DNA from: Owenia fusiformis
Taxonomy: Eukaryota
Length of the DNA stretch: 64,000 nucleotides
Direction: 5' to 3'
NCBI GenBank assembly: GCA_903813345.2
Contig: CAIIXF020000001.1
Span: forward strand, 32,736,001 to 32,800,000
Both the position numbers and the translations under genes were made by a program. Each line of letters begins with the position of its first letter. Position 1 is the stretch's first letter. Shown piece after piece: positions 23,829 through 37,260 of the stretch. The notes below the pieces were generated by a model that saw nothing but the letters and a program-made list of their open reading frames with translations, searched no databases and was not told the DNA's origin.

Positions 23829-26262
23829 TTTGGATATACATGTTATTGATTGTTGTACCAAAGGAATTTATTCTAGATGCCCTGAGGAAGGTGTAAATTC
23901 AACACTACGCCAAAAAATGAAACAATTGTCAAATCCTCTATATCAAAACGCCTAATTTATAAAATGTCATTTTATGGCAATACCTTTCTAATGCACTTAG
24001 AATATTCGAATGTTTTTCATCATATAAAATCACCATGGAAAGCCGATCTTTTAAATCTCGACACAACTCATTTTCACTTTTCTAATGTTAATGTTATTTT
24101 TCTCGAATGATAAAGATGACTTTCCAGATAACAATGAGAGATTTTTAACCATTTCTTAATAGTTGAATTTAGGTCTTATTATTGTCTGATTCCATTGTGT
24201 ATCGTGCAATACGACAATACAGACTAAAGAAACTACTATGATAAATCTATTTAAAGAAGAAACCTATCCGTGCGAAGGTATTCATCGAGTAGTTAGTCCA
24301 TGGTATGACTTCCGAATATGGAGGATCCGTAGCACACTCTAGCGCAGCAACATTTGAAGCAATATTTATGAAGGTGTACATGTCTTGATTCTTTTAAAAT
24401 ACCATTTGCTGAAAAAACTTCCGGCTTTCGGGTCGAAAAATGTCTTTCATCACAAGGGGTCAAAAAACGTAAATATTTTGATCCGAACTTTTATACATTT
24501 TATAAGACATAGAACGTTATTCTAAGCATACGAACAAAAATAAATTATCATAATCTAAAAATATTCTATTTACTTACCGTAGATGTCGGTATTTATTTAG
24601 TGTAATATGCAAGTGTGTTTTTCAGATTTTGTTTGATTTTTCAAATATGAGCCAAGCCGATTCAACAAAATTATGTGGAATATTTAGGTAATTTATGATT
24701 GGGAACATATTAATTTTTATAACCATTTAAAACATTTTATTACCAGAATTTTTCCACATAATCGCAAGGGGTCTAACAACAAATTATTGTTCATGTTTTA
24801 CAAAACATAATATAATAACAAATAGGTAAGATTTATATCTAATTAAATGTTACAGAGGTATTGGCATGGAATGTTCATATATTCCAAGGGTATGTCTAAT
24901 AATCAATTAGAGTCATATGCAATCGAACGCCCCGAAATTCTTCCTCGACGTTACTTGTGGCTATCGTTTTCTGATGGCTGTTTGGTTTTTGACCTTACCG
25001 CTGGATACAATCAAATTTTAGGAAGATAATGGATTTTTCTCAATTATTCATGAATTCAATCAAGTCTTGATGGTTGTTTTATAAGCAACTGAGCTATATC
25101 TAACTACGGGAAATATAATTTTAGCTGTAGTCCCAATTAGTCAAGGAAGAGCAATAGGCCCGCCTTTATTGATAATTTTCACCGCTGAATAAAAGTTCAT
25201 ATCTCAAAACGTATTGAGACCCCTTTTGTGAAAAACTAGCATAATTTAAACATTTGTCATTCCAATATAAATGTGATTCATTTGTAGCATTTATCTTATT
25301 AATACCTGAGAAACAATACAAAACGTCGATACACTGAAAACATATTTTTGGATATTGATGAGAAAAAAACATCAAACTCATAGCTTAGAAACCTAAATCA
25401 TATATTTGAAATCATTTTTTATTATTTTCTGTTGCATTGTGTACTCCAAATTGTGAAAAATTGGGATTTTATTTTTTGGTGATTTTTTGACCTCTGTTAA
25501 TGGCAGGCATAATTCAGCCTAAAAGTATTGAACGGTTATAATAAAAATTATTAGGGGACATATGTAGGTATGTTAATGTAAGGTCAAATATCGCTGCGCT
25601 ATAGTGTGCTACCAACTTCTTTATTAGACGTCCTAGAGATTTCATACCATGGACTAAGTAGTAATAAACTGTTTTTATCTTTTTCGTAAAGAGAACGCGA
25701 TTCACGAATATTTGGCGAAATAGTACCTTACTTTTAAAATGCATAAGATAGTCAATAGTGGTTCGATTTTAATGAAATCTGTTCAATAATTATTTACCAA
25801 AAAGAGCGATAATGATTACTTTTCTACAGTATTAGAAACAAGGTACATAACTTTCAATATTTTTAAACTAATTCAATATTTCATGAATTAAATTTTTCAA
25901 AAAGTGTCATTTATCTGCGGCCCAGGTTAGAAAATAACAGAGGCTCAAAACCTTGCAAAAGAGTAATATTGAAAAATCGATCAAATCATATGGTATCAAA
26001 AAACATTTCTTTAGGCTAGTGTGCTCGAGATTACTTTTACAATTTATCAACAATGAGAAAATATGACTAAAGAACATAAGAAAATTAATAAGCATTTTTT
26101 ATTCTCACTTTTCAACACTATGCACTTGCGTCTTGGCGTTTTGTTCCAACGCCACTGTAAAATACAGTTCATGAAATCGAATTGAATCGACAGATATGTC
26201 CGCCATTTGTGACAAAGGTTGTCAGGGTAATCAGGTGTGATATTTGAATTGAATTGAATTGT

Positions 26263-26504
26263 TTAGAATGTTGTGTCATAATAGTCATGTTTTGAAGATG
26301 TGTGGAAATCTGATGAGAACTCAAGTCTGTTTTTATCATTCAATTCACATTGCCTCTCATACTTCTGTGTATTATCTATGTTGAAGGAACGACATGCAGT
26401 GTCTTGGTGACAGACAATGGCACAGTGGGCCAACCCATGTGCCGTCAATGTATGGTATGTATGAGACACCAGCTTTTTTTCTCTGTGGGCTTTGAACAAT
26501 GTTC
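26263..26504 (-). CDS. Terminal coding exon of a PAN/Apple-domain protein (host gene; upstream exons not located)
   Basis: Open frame with PAN pattern HCAIVCHQDTACRSFN...CELN...F...DYYD, then a stop. Polypyrimidine tract plus CAG acceptor (CTTCTCTTTTCAG) at 26505-26517, phase 1. Confidence 0.75.
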
Positions 26505-26775
26505 CTGAAAAGAGAAGCACATTCTGAGAAAAAATTTGGAGTGGATGTAAATAATAAAATGAAAAATATGCACATTTTTATTCATTTTCTATTTTCTACT
26601 TCATTGTGGTAGCATATATTTGTATTCTAAAAACAGCTTAGTCAACATTATTGTTTCAATAAGTCTGGAATTGAACAAGCTTTATACGTAGTATGATATA
26701 TAGCACATGGGGGGCGGTCATTATGAAACACTCTGTCCCTGTATAACCTCTTTTTAAGGTGTAGAATAACACATA

Positions 26776-27998
26776 CAGGGTGTCCCGAAAGTTTGCCCCC
26801 CCCCCCCCCCCCTATGCAGACATAAAGTTCAATTTTACACCACATTACTAGTCAATGTGTCCCCCCCCCCCCCTTGGTCATGTTAACATCATCAATTATT
26901 TTCAGATATGACCTTAAAAGCCCTTCAAATAGGGGTGTGGAATTTTATAACCCTCTTAAAACCAGTTAAGGGACTTTAGAAGAGTTTCCTTAGAGTTTCT
27001 ACCCTCATCGTTCTCTTTTTCCAACTCAATATCCCTCTGACCCGAAAAGAATTCCTGCTGTTAAGATGGCCCGGGATGACACATTGACTAGTGATTTGGT
27101 GTAAAATTGAACTTAATTTTGACCAAACACTAAATTTTGAAATGCCTGTAATTTTGTCACATTTGAGAGTTGAACCATGATACTTGGCGAATCAATTGCT
27201 GGAATTACACATGGCGTTTTACAAAAGCGTCTTCGGTTTTAACCAGGTTTAAGAATTAGGTGTAATCACGATTGCGGTTTTACAAAAGCGCTTTTCTAAA
27301 ACTCCAAGAACCCTTGTCACTAGTAAACGGCATAAGTCGTTAGGCGTTTTAAGTGTGCAGTGTAATACCGATCGGTTTTTGTAAGAAGCCTTACCCGGGT
27401 TTTAACTAGTTTTTAACACTTGCCCCGAACGAAATATTTGATACATTTGATACATGATGAGCCATCCTGTCACGCTGCTATCTGGCTATATCTACATTGA
27501 AAAATGGATGATGGTCGCCAGGTCACATCGAAATCAAGTGTTATCTTCAGAGAATATGTACATATTTTTCTTTTACCTTTTTATTATGTTTTCTCATAAT
27601 TAATAACAGATAAATAAAAAGTATGCAATGTCATGTATTTCTAATCAAATTATGGAAGATTAGTTTTGTCTTAGATGCAAAAAGGATACATTTACAGGAG
27701 ATGTACACTTACATGTATGCTGGATATTATCAATAACTACATCGTTAAAAGTGCACGAAAGGCGTTTTAGAAAAAACAGGTGTAATTCCAAAATATAAAT
27801 CTTAAGACGCTTTAGAAATGTTGGTGTAATCAGAATGGCGATTTTGTAAAGCGCCTTCCACTAAAACGTTTTAGCGGATTTTGTGGTGTAATTCCAGCAA
27901 ATGAAACCTTGGATAAGCTTCAAAATGATGTATAGCATATACTATGACGACACTAGCATGTGTCTGCCTAGGGGGGGCCATACTTTCGGGACACCCTG
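26776..27998. mobile_element. Tc1/mariner-type MITE, TA TSD
   Basis: TA-CAGGGTGTCCCGAAAGT ... ACTTTCGGGACACCCTG-TA. Confidence 0.88.
27197..27899. mobile_element. Harbinger-like MITE nested in the Tc1/mariner MITE, 3-bp TSD AAT
   Basis: TIR TGCTGGAATTACAC / GTGTAATTCCAGCA. AAT at 27194-27196 and 27900-27902. Subterminal GGCGTTTTA/GTGTAAT repeats. Confidence 0.82.
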
Positions 27999-29994
27999 TA
28001 CATCCCTTCTATTCAGTACCTACAAAAGCCATAATCACGGGATGCCATCTATGGAATTTATTTTGTATCAAAATTGAACAATACACAATCCATGTGAAAA
28101 TTCGAACCATATGATGCGACACTCGAACTATATGATTTGAAACTCGCATCATAATAATCTTATATAACAATAGTTAATTTTCTCATATAACTTAATTTCA
28201 TTCACACACGCGCACTGGCTCTATCAAGTGTCACACATAGAGTTACACCAAGCAGGGCGTTACCATACCCGGTAATTAATAGCCTCATATCAAGAATATC
28301 ACGTCATTTTACCACGTGCTTTTTTGATTGTTTATGTGAATAATTACATGACGTCACATCTCGATTATCCAATCACGTCAATGGTATATTAGTCAATTTC
28401 CCCGGGAATTCGACTTTAATACGCTTTTCGTCTGGTGTACCAAGATTGGGCGCAATATTTGAACATTTTAGAATTATAGGGCTATGAAACTCCGTGCTAG
28501 AAAGCACGTATATTACGAAGAAGAAAGTGATTCTCCCAGAGAGAGACGGCTACCAAGCCGCTGTTACCTTTCGGGAACGTTTTATCTGGAAAGAGTCATT
28601 TCAAAGGTAAAAATAGGTTAAATACTGTCAAATAAAGTGAGCACGTCCGATGTGACCCAGGCATCACCAATGCCTTAGGGGTGAAGTTGTGTTGATATAT
28701 TGAATTGAAATCTTTAAATGAATTATATTATCTTGGTAATTAAAAATAAAGAAAATAAAATTAAGACATCCTGTAACAATCTATTGATTTAATAAGACTT
28801 TGGAAAAATGTACGTACATGACACTTGATTGTATTGAAAACAAGACTATAACCAGAATTGTAAAGTTAGCTCATTTCAAATGACGAATCGCCAAATAAAA
28901 ACGGACATCGTAATTAGCAATTTTCAACGTTAAGGCTGCTATGTTATACTCGGGGTGGAAGGTGTGAGAATTGTGCAAAAAATGACTTTGTGAGCTGGAT
29001 GGAGTTTCTCTGTATTTTTCATTCTATTAGGAATGGTGGGGCAGTTATCTTCTTCAAAGTCCTCTGGAAATTCCGGTAATTGGCTAGTATAGAGACTCGA
29101 GTAAGTGGGAAGTAGAATAAAGGATGGACGGTGCCAGGGGATTGGTGGCCCTACCAGTCCCACCAATTCACAAGCATACACATAAGAGACAAACACACCC
29201 AGGCTCCAGGCCGTGGATGGAAATATAAAACTATTTAAAGGGTGACGCATATCGTTTAGCAAATCGAACGCTCGTTTCTGGTGTTGCTCACCGTTTATAT
29301 AAAAGGCCCGATCCCGGAATAATACTCAAGGGTTCACAGGTTCGAGGTCGTTGTGTCAACACCTCTAACTGTTATATAGCATAAGTATATTATAGATCGT
29401 CACACATTTATAAAAGGGTGATTTTTATTTTGACAAATCAATTCCACATTTATGGGTGAAGTTTCAGGATCTTCTATTTGTGTATAATCACTGTGGCTAG
29501 TCGATCTATGTGGATGCAGTCATTTATATGCAATGTATCGTGGGTACTCGCGTACATTATAGGGAATGGGATCATTGCAAAAATATGACAGCAAATCGAG
29601 GTAAGTGATCTCAGAGTTTCTACTTAACATTGTGACTTGAAATCTTGCATACATATTAAATATGCATAGTATGACAATGTGTGAAAGTTTCAGCTACCAT
29701 ATACCTTTTATAGGGACGATATTTGAAAAACATTTCATAAACGTCAACATATATGTATAAAATGGATACCACTATGTATCATTTGGATTCAGAACGGTAA
29801 CAAATGGATGCTATAATAGATTATACTTTTATCATGATGATTTATTTAGTGATGGACAACTGGCCAGATTTTCTTTGTATCCAATGTTGGGATAAACATT
29901 CCTCATTCAGTAAAGTAATTAGCCACACCATTACAAGACATACTCATGAAGAAAATACTATATATAAACCCATCAACTGGAAAATGCCATTACA

Positions 29995-32900
29995 CACCCA
30001 AATTCAAAAAAATGTCCCAATTGATGTCGCCGTATGTTATCTCGGAAAATATTAGTGGTGTATCTTTAATTTCTGTATATATTTCATCAATAACCTCAAG
30101 GCCATATGTGAACATTCATTTTTGAATGAGAATTTCATAAATGTATTTTTACCAGGGCTCTAAAGTGCCAAAATGAATCATTCGTTACTGTCACCGTTTT
30201 GAATTTTGATTTTCAAGTCGTGTTTACCGGCATTTATTATCACATTTTATTCGATTTCCAAACTAATTTACTTCGCCACCACATGTTTCTAAGAGAAAAT
30301 GATAAACAAAACCCATCTTGAACGATAAATTATTTTGTACAGCCTTTATAAGGGGTGTCGCCAGTTTCAGGAAATACAGAAAAATCATCGTTACTTGGTT
30401 CATTCATTCAAATCATATGAGTCTGGAATTGAGATAAGAAATGAAAGAAAATGTAATTTTGAAAGATTGTTTATGTTTTCAATAGAGAACATGCGTCAAG
30501 TCCGAGGTGTGTCTGCATTTTTTCACATTTGCTTGTAAAAATAACCCAGTGCCTTGAGTTCGTTTTAAGAAAAGATGTTCGTTACCATCAGAAAAACGTG
30601 TTAGATCACTTGGCATAAGCTTTTACTCTTTCCATAAAATGATATTAAACAAACAATAGAAATCAACTACTTGGAGTTTGTGTAGCCCTCTTGCAATAAG
30701 CAAAAAGTCCAATTAACCACATGTTCGAAATCAGTGTTACTGTATTATTCGTCACCATGAACACGAAACTTATAACTTCTTGCTAAAATGCAGCATTATT
30801 ATTGGTTTTAGATTTATGACGTAAGTGTGTTAGAGTCTGTCGTTGCTTAAAAATTGGATGTTGCACTTCTGCCGCATGAAAATTCACACATATAAGAAAA
30901 TATCCATCACAGACGAGATCTGATGAAATTTACTTATTTTGCCGATCGTACAGAATATCCATACACAAAACTAAGTTTAACTTATGATAAAATAGTTTAA
31001 TATTGCATAAAACTAGCTTGGTTGTATTTTTGATAGCTTATGAATTCGATAACACTTGATACAATTGGTGAATTCATCGTTATGTATGTAACAATGAATT
31101 CAATTATCTGTGTTAGGATTTTAAACATATGTGGCATTGGAATTTTTGTTCACAACTGATTTCCATCAAAACTAGAGGATCTGATCTGCATTAGTTAACA
31201 TTCAAAAAGGTCAAAATTCGCATATTTACGTTTAAATCGTATTAATTCATGACTCATACATCAAATTAGTTATGGAACGAATAATTATGATACACTAAGC
31301 CCGGGGATATAAAGAGTTTGCTTTATTCATAAAATATTATAAATGTTAAAAACATTTGAATTCAAAATAATGCTAAAGAAATGCTGAAACCAAATGTATA
31401 GGTTTTCAACCATACAAATCCTTTGAATAGTAAATTTTAGCAGATAAAAAAGACTGGAGCAGAAGACAAAATGTACAGTAGCGTTTGAAAGCAAAAGACA
31501 ATAAGAAGGGGAGAGAGAACGAAAGGATTACATCTAGACCTTATCGAATGAGTTATCTTGATCTGATAGACTGAAAAGAAATGTCATACAGCTCAAGGAC
31601 TCAATCTGACCATTGTTCAATGAGAACTAAGTTTTCAAATTAGCAGAGTAGCAGACCCATCAATGGCTGCACTGCCCTCCGTTGAGTCAAAACACATATT
31701 CCCCTACAAATGTAAAACGGGGGAAAGTAGACAATAGCTAGGCAAATGACCAACTGTTTTAGTGTCATTATACATTTTATGATGTAGATCATGTAGATAT
31801 GATCAAGGCAATCTCAGTTGATGTTGATTAATTTTGTGTGGCACTTAAAGCATCATTACATCATAGTAACGAAACCTTCTTCCAAGGTGATTTTCCTAGC
31901 AGGGTTAGGAATTTTTTTTATTTATAACGTTGGATCTGGACAATACATGTACGTTATTTTCGACGTCACGTTTTGAGGTTATTTCACATCGTAAGAACGT
32001 TTTGACAACGTTAACTTTAAACGTTAAAATAACGTCGGTAATGAACCGATTTAGTGAGAACATATTGACGTCTTTGTAACGTTTCCTTAACTCACAAATA
32101 TTTTGAAGCCATTTCCAAAATGTTGAAATTCAACCATCCATCGACGTTTTGCTGAATATTTAAATAACGTCAGATCAATACAGTCCATGAACGTCATTAT
32201 TGACGTCACGTTTTGAGGTTATTTCAAATTGAAAAAACGTTTTGACAACCTAAATTTTAACGTTAACAATACGTCGGAAATGAGCCAACTTAGTGAGAAC
32301 ACAAAGTTTTTGTCATGTTTTTTTCCACCAACAAATATTTTGATATTAAAAGCCTGTTTTGACAACGTTGAATTTTAACGTTTGAGTTACGTCACATATG
32401 GACCAATGTAGTAAAAAATCAAACGTTCCTGTTTGTTATGTTTTCCACACTAATGAACTTTACGGACACGTTACAACAACGTGCTTTTTATACCATCAAT
32501 AGATGTCTCATGTTTACGTTACTTCGATGTGTAAAGAATAAAAATGTGCAACGTCTTCTAGGAACTTATATGCTACTTATGAGCAACGTGACATGGACGA
32601 ATCTGTTTGCTGGATCGATTATTTTAAAAAGTGCTCTGTCTCGTATAGGGTAAAAATATCGAACAGCAGTGCACTCGATAGGCTAAGTCTGTCAAGTCAA
32701 TTCGCTACTATATATCGGGGAAATGTGAAAGTTGGTAACCCTGCTAGGAACGTTAGGTACCCGGTCGACCGGGTACCCAGTTACCCAGTCACCCGGTTTT
32801 TTACACAAACCATGTTCGGGTGTTACTGAACCATATTTTTATTATTGTGTAACAACAACCACCAACTAAAACATTGTAAAAAGTAGGATCATTCTTACAA

Positions 32901-33717
32901 ATATACACTATAATCCAAGTTTTACTAAATGTATACATGATTTTGATTTTGTGACAAAAAGTATTTACTATATACTTTGATATTGTACATTTGTATTCCT
33001 CCTAAGTGGTAGCAATCGTGTAACAAACATGCTACGGATTCACTTAATGTTTTTTTTCATTGCAATGTGAATAATCGCTGGAAATGACTACCCAATCTTG
33101 GTTAATACACTGCATTTGTTATCATTATTTTTCTGATTTAAACAAAAAGTACATACAGAAATCCTCGTTACTTTATGATGTTTAAGTTGAGATATATTTT
33201 TTCAGAAATGTCTTCAGTAACCGCAGGAAAAACACAGCTCATTAGGTTTGCAATAGATGAAACTTTCCTTTTAGCTCAAAAATAATATATTTTCCTTCGT
33301 TTGTAATCCAATATATAAGTTGCTATACATGACACATTTCTGATCAATGAAAAGTTTTACAATTTAAAAACGAATGGTTAATTTTAAGGCCATGTAATTT
33401 TGCTTTGCTGTACATATTCTGAAGTTTTGTTTGATATTCAGAATATAGACACATATTACAGAAATGTAAAGTATTTCATATACCAAAATAATTGATTGGA
33501 TCTAAAGTTCACGCAATAAACTAAATATGTATTAGTAGTAACGGAGGTTTTTATGCCTTATTCCAATAAATTTTGGTTGACGTATAATATGCCATATCTT
33601 GAAAACAAGAAGGAGATTGTATGTTCTTTTGTCTCAACAAGAAATAATCAGTGCTACTCTGACTTCAAAAATCAGATTTTTCAAACCTGAATTGGGACAT
33701 TTTTTTTAATTTCGGTG
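29995..33717. mobile_element. Non-autonomous element with CAC termini and 4-bp TSD TACA (Chapaev-like)
   Basis: CACCCAAATTCAAAAAAATGTCCCAATT / AATTGGGACATTTTTTTTAATTTCGGTG. TACA at 29991-29994 and 33718-33721. The empty site CCATTACAG is seen in copies 1 and 2. Confidence 0.8.
31893..32750. mobile_element. MITE with TIR TTCCTAGCAGGGTTA and AACGTT-rich internal repeats (EnSpm-like style)
   Basis: 15-bp perfect inverted ends. Internal duplication GACGTCACGTTTTGAGGTTATTTCA at ~31962 and ~32202. No clear TSD. Confidence 0.6.
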
Positions 33718-33887
33718 TACAGATGAAAAAACTATGGTTTTATCCCTAATACTGTTAATTTGAAAAACGGGTCCATAACATATCATGAAATGATGACAAT
33801 GAAAATGTTGAAATTAGGTACGTCAATGAAGTGAACTCAGAGCCAAAGACCCATCAACCCACTGGAATACCCACAAATCAAGTTTCA

Positions 33888-34461
33888 TAGCCTTGCCCAA
33901 GTCGGTCTCTTTTACTCATCTTGATTTCTATTATGACCGCCTTGTACCCAAGAGAAAGCCACGTGCTTTACTGACCCAATGTTATTGTCGGTAAAATTTG
34001 ACCAATCAACGAGGCCCTACATTGCCGGACTAGGTATTCGTGCATTTCCATCGCAAATTCAGTTTTGATTTTGAATCAACATTGAATTACATGATTCTAT
34101 TTATACGAGTATTAATGACTGCTTACATTCCAATGTACATTTAATAACATAATATAGTGTAACTCTCAAGAAACACTCGATCGGATCATTGAATTTCAAG
34201 TCCTAGACGGGTAGTTTGCTTTTTTATGCAGGTCAATCTGATAACGTTTTGATTGGTCAATCAGCCTAAAGTCACACGCCGTGTCCATGCAATCTTTACA
34301 ATCAATAAGGTTTCGCGATACCCTTAGGTAGCGTAGGTATTATGGGAATCTCGGAACCGCTGAATATCTTAGCATAATATCAGCGATGATGCATTGGATT
34401 GTACAAGGTGGCAATAATTCAAGATCAGATAAGTAAATAAATACCGACTTGGGCAAGGCTA
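33888..34461. mobile_element. MITE with TAGCC termini and 9-bp TSD CAAGTTTCA (AcademH-like), embedded in all three CACTGTG elements
   Basis: TIR TAGCCTTGCCCAAGTCGGT / ACCGACTTGGGCAAGGCTA. TSD at 33879-33887 and 34462-34470. Orthologous copies at ~10898-11306 (left TIR partly deleted) and ~15161-15675. Confidence 0.85.
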
Positions 34462-36099
34462 CAAGTTTCAGAGCCATTAACATTCCTTAAAAGTGACAAT
34501 GAGCAGTCAACATATGGACAATCCGTAAATCTTGATAATTTTGTCAGCTCAGCTGAACGAGCCTACAGATTCCTTGAAACAAATGACCAAAATTCAAGAA
34601 TAACATTATCTTTTTACAATTTTTTTGAAATCGTGGTAAGTGGAATCTTTCCAATTACCAATATAGCATTATTATTGTTTTTGGACACTGTGGATTAAAA
34701 TATTCAAAATGATTCAATTAGAACCTAGCCAGTCTGTTCATTGAATCCATTCAGAACGTCTACTAATCCACATGATACATCATAATTAAATTGCTTTCTT
34801 AAAGCGGATATTTCATACTATAACCCAAAAATATTATAAAACGCATTGTATTTGTATTTTACTTCACACAGACATATTTGTGTACGTGAAATAATTATAT
34901 TACTTGAATTTTTTATTCCCCATTATAAGGTAAACCTATGGCAAATTATACATACCTTCTCAAAGCTATGAGCGAGATGATAAAACTGGTCGAGTGAACT
35001 CGTTTGAGTTATCTATTCTTCGTAAAAATATCAGAGAATGTGTGTTTATAGCGTAGCTTTGGTTTTGTAAATCAATGAAGTATGATATACACGGATGAGT
35101 AAATATAGATTATTTAAACAGAAGTGCAAAATTCTTCCATTGAAAAGTACAGAGGCGAGCACCCACGATACATTGCATATAAATGACTGCATCCACATAG
35201 ATCGACTAGCCACAGTGATAATAAGGAAAAATTGGCATCTAAATTTCCCCATAACGTAATAGCACACAGCTTGGCATATGAAATATCCTACAAATGAAAC
35301 AAAGCAAGACAAAACGGCTTCTAATACAAGAATTTATATTGGCTGTTGTACATGAATTATTTGAACGCAATCACTCTTTGGATAATGTTTTCAAAATCAT
35401 TATAAACCGATTACTTTATCTCAAAGACAATTTCAATAAACTGGATTTTACAGAACTCCCCTTATTTCTTAAAAATAGACTGATCCAGTTGATTCGCCTG
35501 GAGCCGCCATATTGTTTTATACGGGATGCTAATCGGAACCCTTTAAGGCACAAAATGGTATTTAATAGACCGATATGTAGAGTATCCGCCATGTTTTGAA
35601 GGTAAAACAATCTGCATTATTGTTACTTTTATCAATACATGGATTGTGCAATGGAAAAGCAATGACACAATCAAAAATGTGCATATCAATCGTGAATCGT
35701 CAATATCTCACGGTTCAAAGCTTTTCTCCAATTATCAGCCGAATGGCTCATTTTTAACGAAATGTCCTTAAGTTGACAGCCCTGGGTCGCGCCTGTGACG
35801 AAAATAAGCTTGAATATCCCTCCCCTAATAAAATTGGATAATCATATTTATGCGTGCGCGCGCAGCATCCCCTGAACGAAACGCCACTTCCCGCTGAAAT
35901 CACCGGGTATTGATTTTTCCCTTGGTTACACGAACTCAAATCACTTTGCAAACATATATGAAGCAATGTTGATATGTCACACGGATTATGTAATAAGTAG
36001 CATGGAATACTATAGTCCCTGATCTGGTCCCCCTGAGAAAACAAGTTTTGTTGTCCGGTACTTTTCCCACATAAAATTATTGTACCGTTTGAGAGAACA

Positions 36100-37260
36100 G
36101 ACTTCCCTCATAAAGAAAACACCTCTTATATTGATACAAACAGGGGCAAATGGCACCAAAATGGGGTTAGACAAGGTGGCATTCTGAAGTCTCACTTTCT
36201 TGTCATCACGATTCCAGGAAAACCACCAGATGGATTTACTTCAAATTTTCACACATGTTACATGGTAGGAAGTTCTTGAGCTCATTAAGGTATGAGTACC
36301 GTAATCCAACACCAAATCCGAAAATTCATAACAATACTTTGCACATATGGCGTTCGTGACCAACTTTGAAACGCTTACCCCCCCCCCCCCCATAGTGTTA
36401 TATATCAAAATGTACATGTTCATATAGGGGTTCGATTGACCTACATCGAATTATAGGGAGTCATGTTACTTTTTGAGGTATCAGCGTCCGTTTATTGTAA
36501 CTCGCGTTTGCTACCACTTCCTCAATTCTGATATGACGGGCAAACGCGTAGTAAACATGCTCACGTTCGGAACAATTTTGACCTACATCGCTATTTTCGT
36601 AATTCAAATGAAAGTTGAACTCCTCCTCTTTATTTTGATACCAAATAGTGGCATACTAGGTACCCTAGAAGCCAACTATGGCGTTATTTAGAAAGATACA
36701 ACAGGTTTTTAAATGGACTATATAGGATACCTTTTGGCGGATGGATATGGAACCTCATACCTTAACTTTCCAGCGGCCATCTTGGAATTTTTTTAGATAA
36801 ATCTTGTCATCGCGATTCCAGAAAAAACACTTTACAGATGCACTTCAAATGTTCACACATGTTATATGGTAAAAATTCCTAGTCCTCATTATTTTTTCGG
36901 TTGCCATCTTGCATTCTGACGGCACTCTTGGATGTTTTAAGATAAATCTTGTCATCACGATTTCGGGAAAACCAAACGGATTTACTTCAAATTCCCACAC
37001 ATATTATATGGTAAGAAGTTCTAGAGCTAATTAACTTTTCGGCGGCCATCTTGCATTCTGGCGGCCATCTTGGAAGTTTTGGGATAAATCTTGTCATCGT
37101 GATTCCAGGAAAACCACCTTTACTGATTTTCTTGAAATTTTTACACATGTTCATGTTACATTGTAGTTTACATGCTACCTTTTTTATGATGTAAACAGGG
37201 GTAAAAGGCACTAAAATGGAATTCGACAAGGTGGCATTCTGAAGTCTCTCTTTCTTTTTC
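36100..37260. repeat. Decayed HINE-like repeats (units of ~145 bp; shared end GACAAGGTGGCATTCTGAAGTCTC twice)
   Basis: CTTGTCATC.CGATTCCAGGAAAACC-type motif at ~36199, 36803, 36948 and 37090. End motif at ~36170 and ~37226. Confidence 0.55.

Larger units (their letters stand above)
29489..35217 (+). mobile_element. CACTGTG-ended DNA transposon, copy 3, 5-bp TSD ATAAT
   Basis: TIRs of ~60 bp at 29489 and ending at 35217. ATAAT at 29484-29488 and 35218-35222. Collinear with copy 1 once 29995-33721 is removed. Confidence 0.92.

Noticed and set aside
23878..23925. Penelope-type hammerhead ribozyme (CCCTGAGGAAGGTGT..)
   Set aside because: The stem II/GAAA core and closing stems could not be completed by eye.
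23900..26160. Possible further DNA-transposon remnant
   Set aside because: Composition is TE-like but I could not find matching termini or a TSD.
35294..35610. Overlapping ~100-aa and 64-aa ORFs
   Set aside because: No recognisable domain; compatible with chance or a decayed TE.
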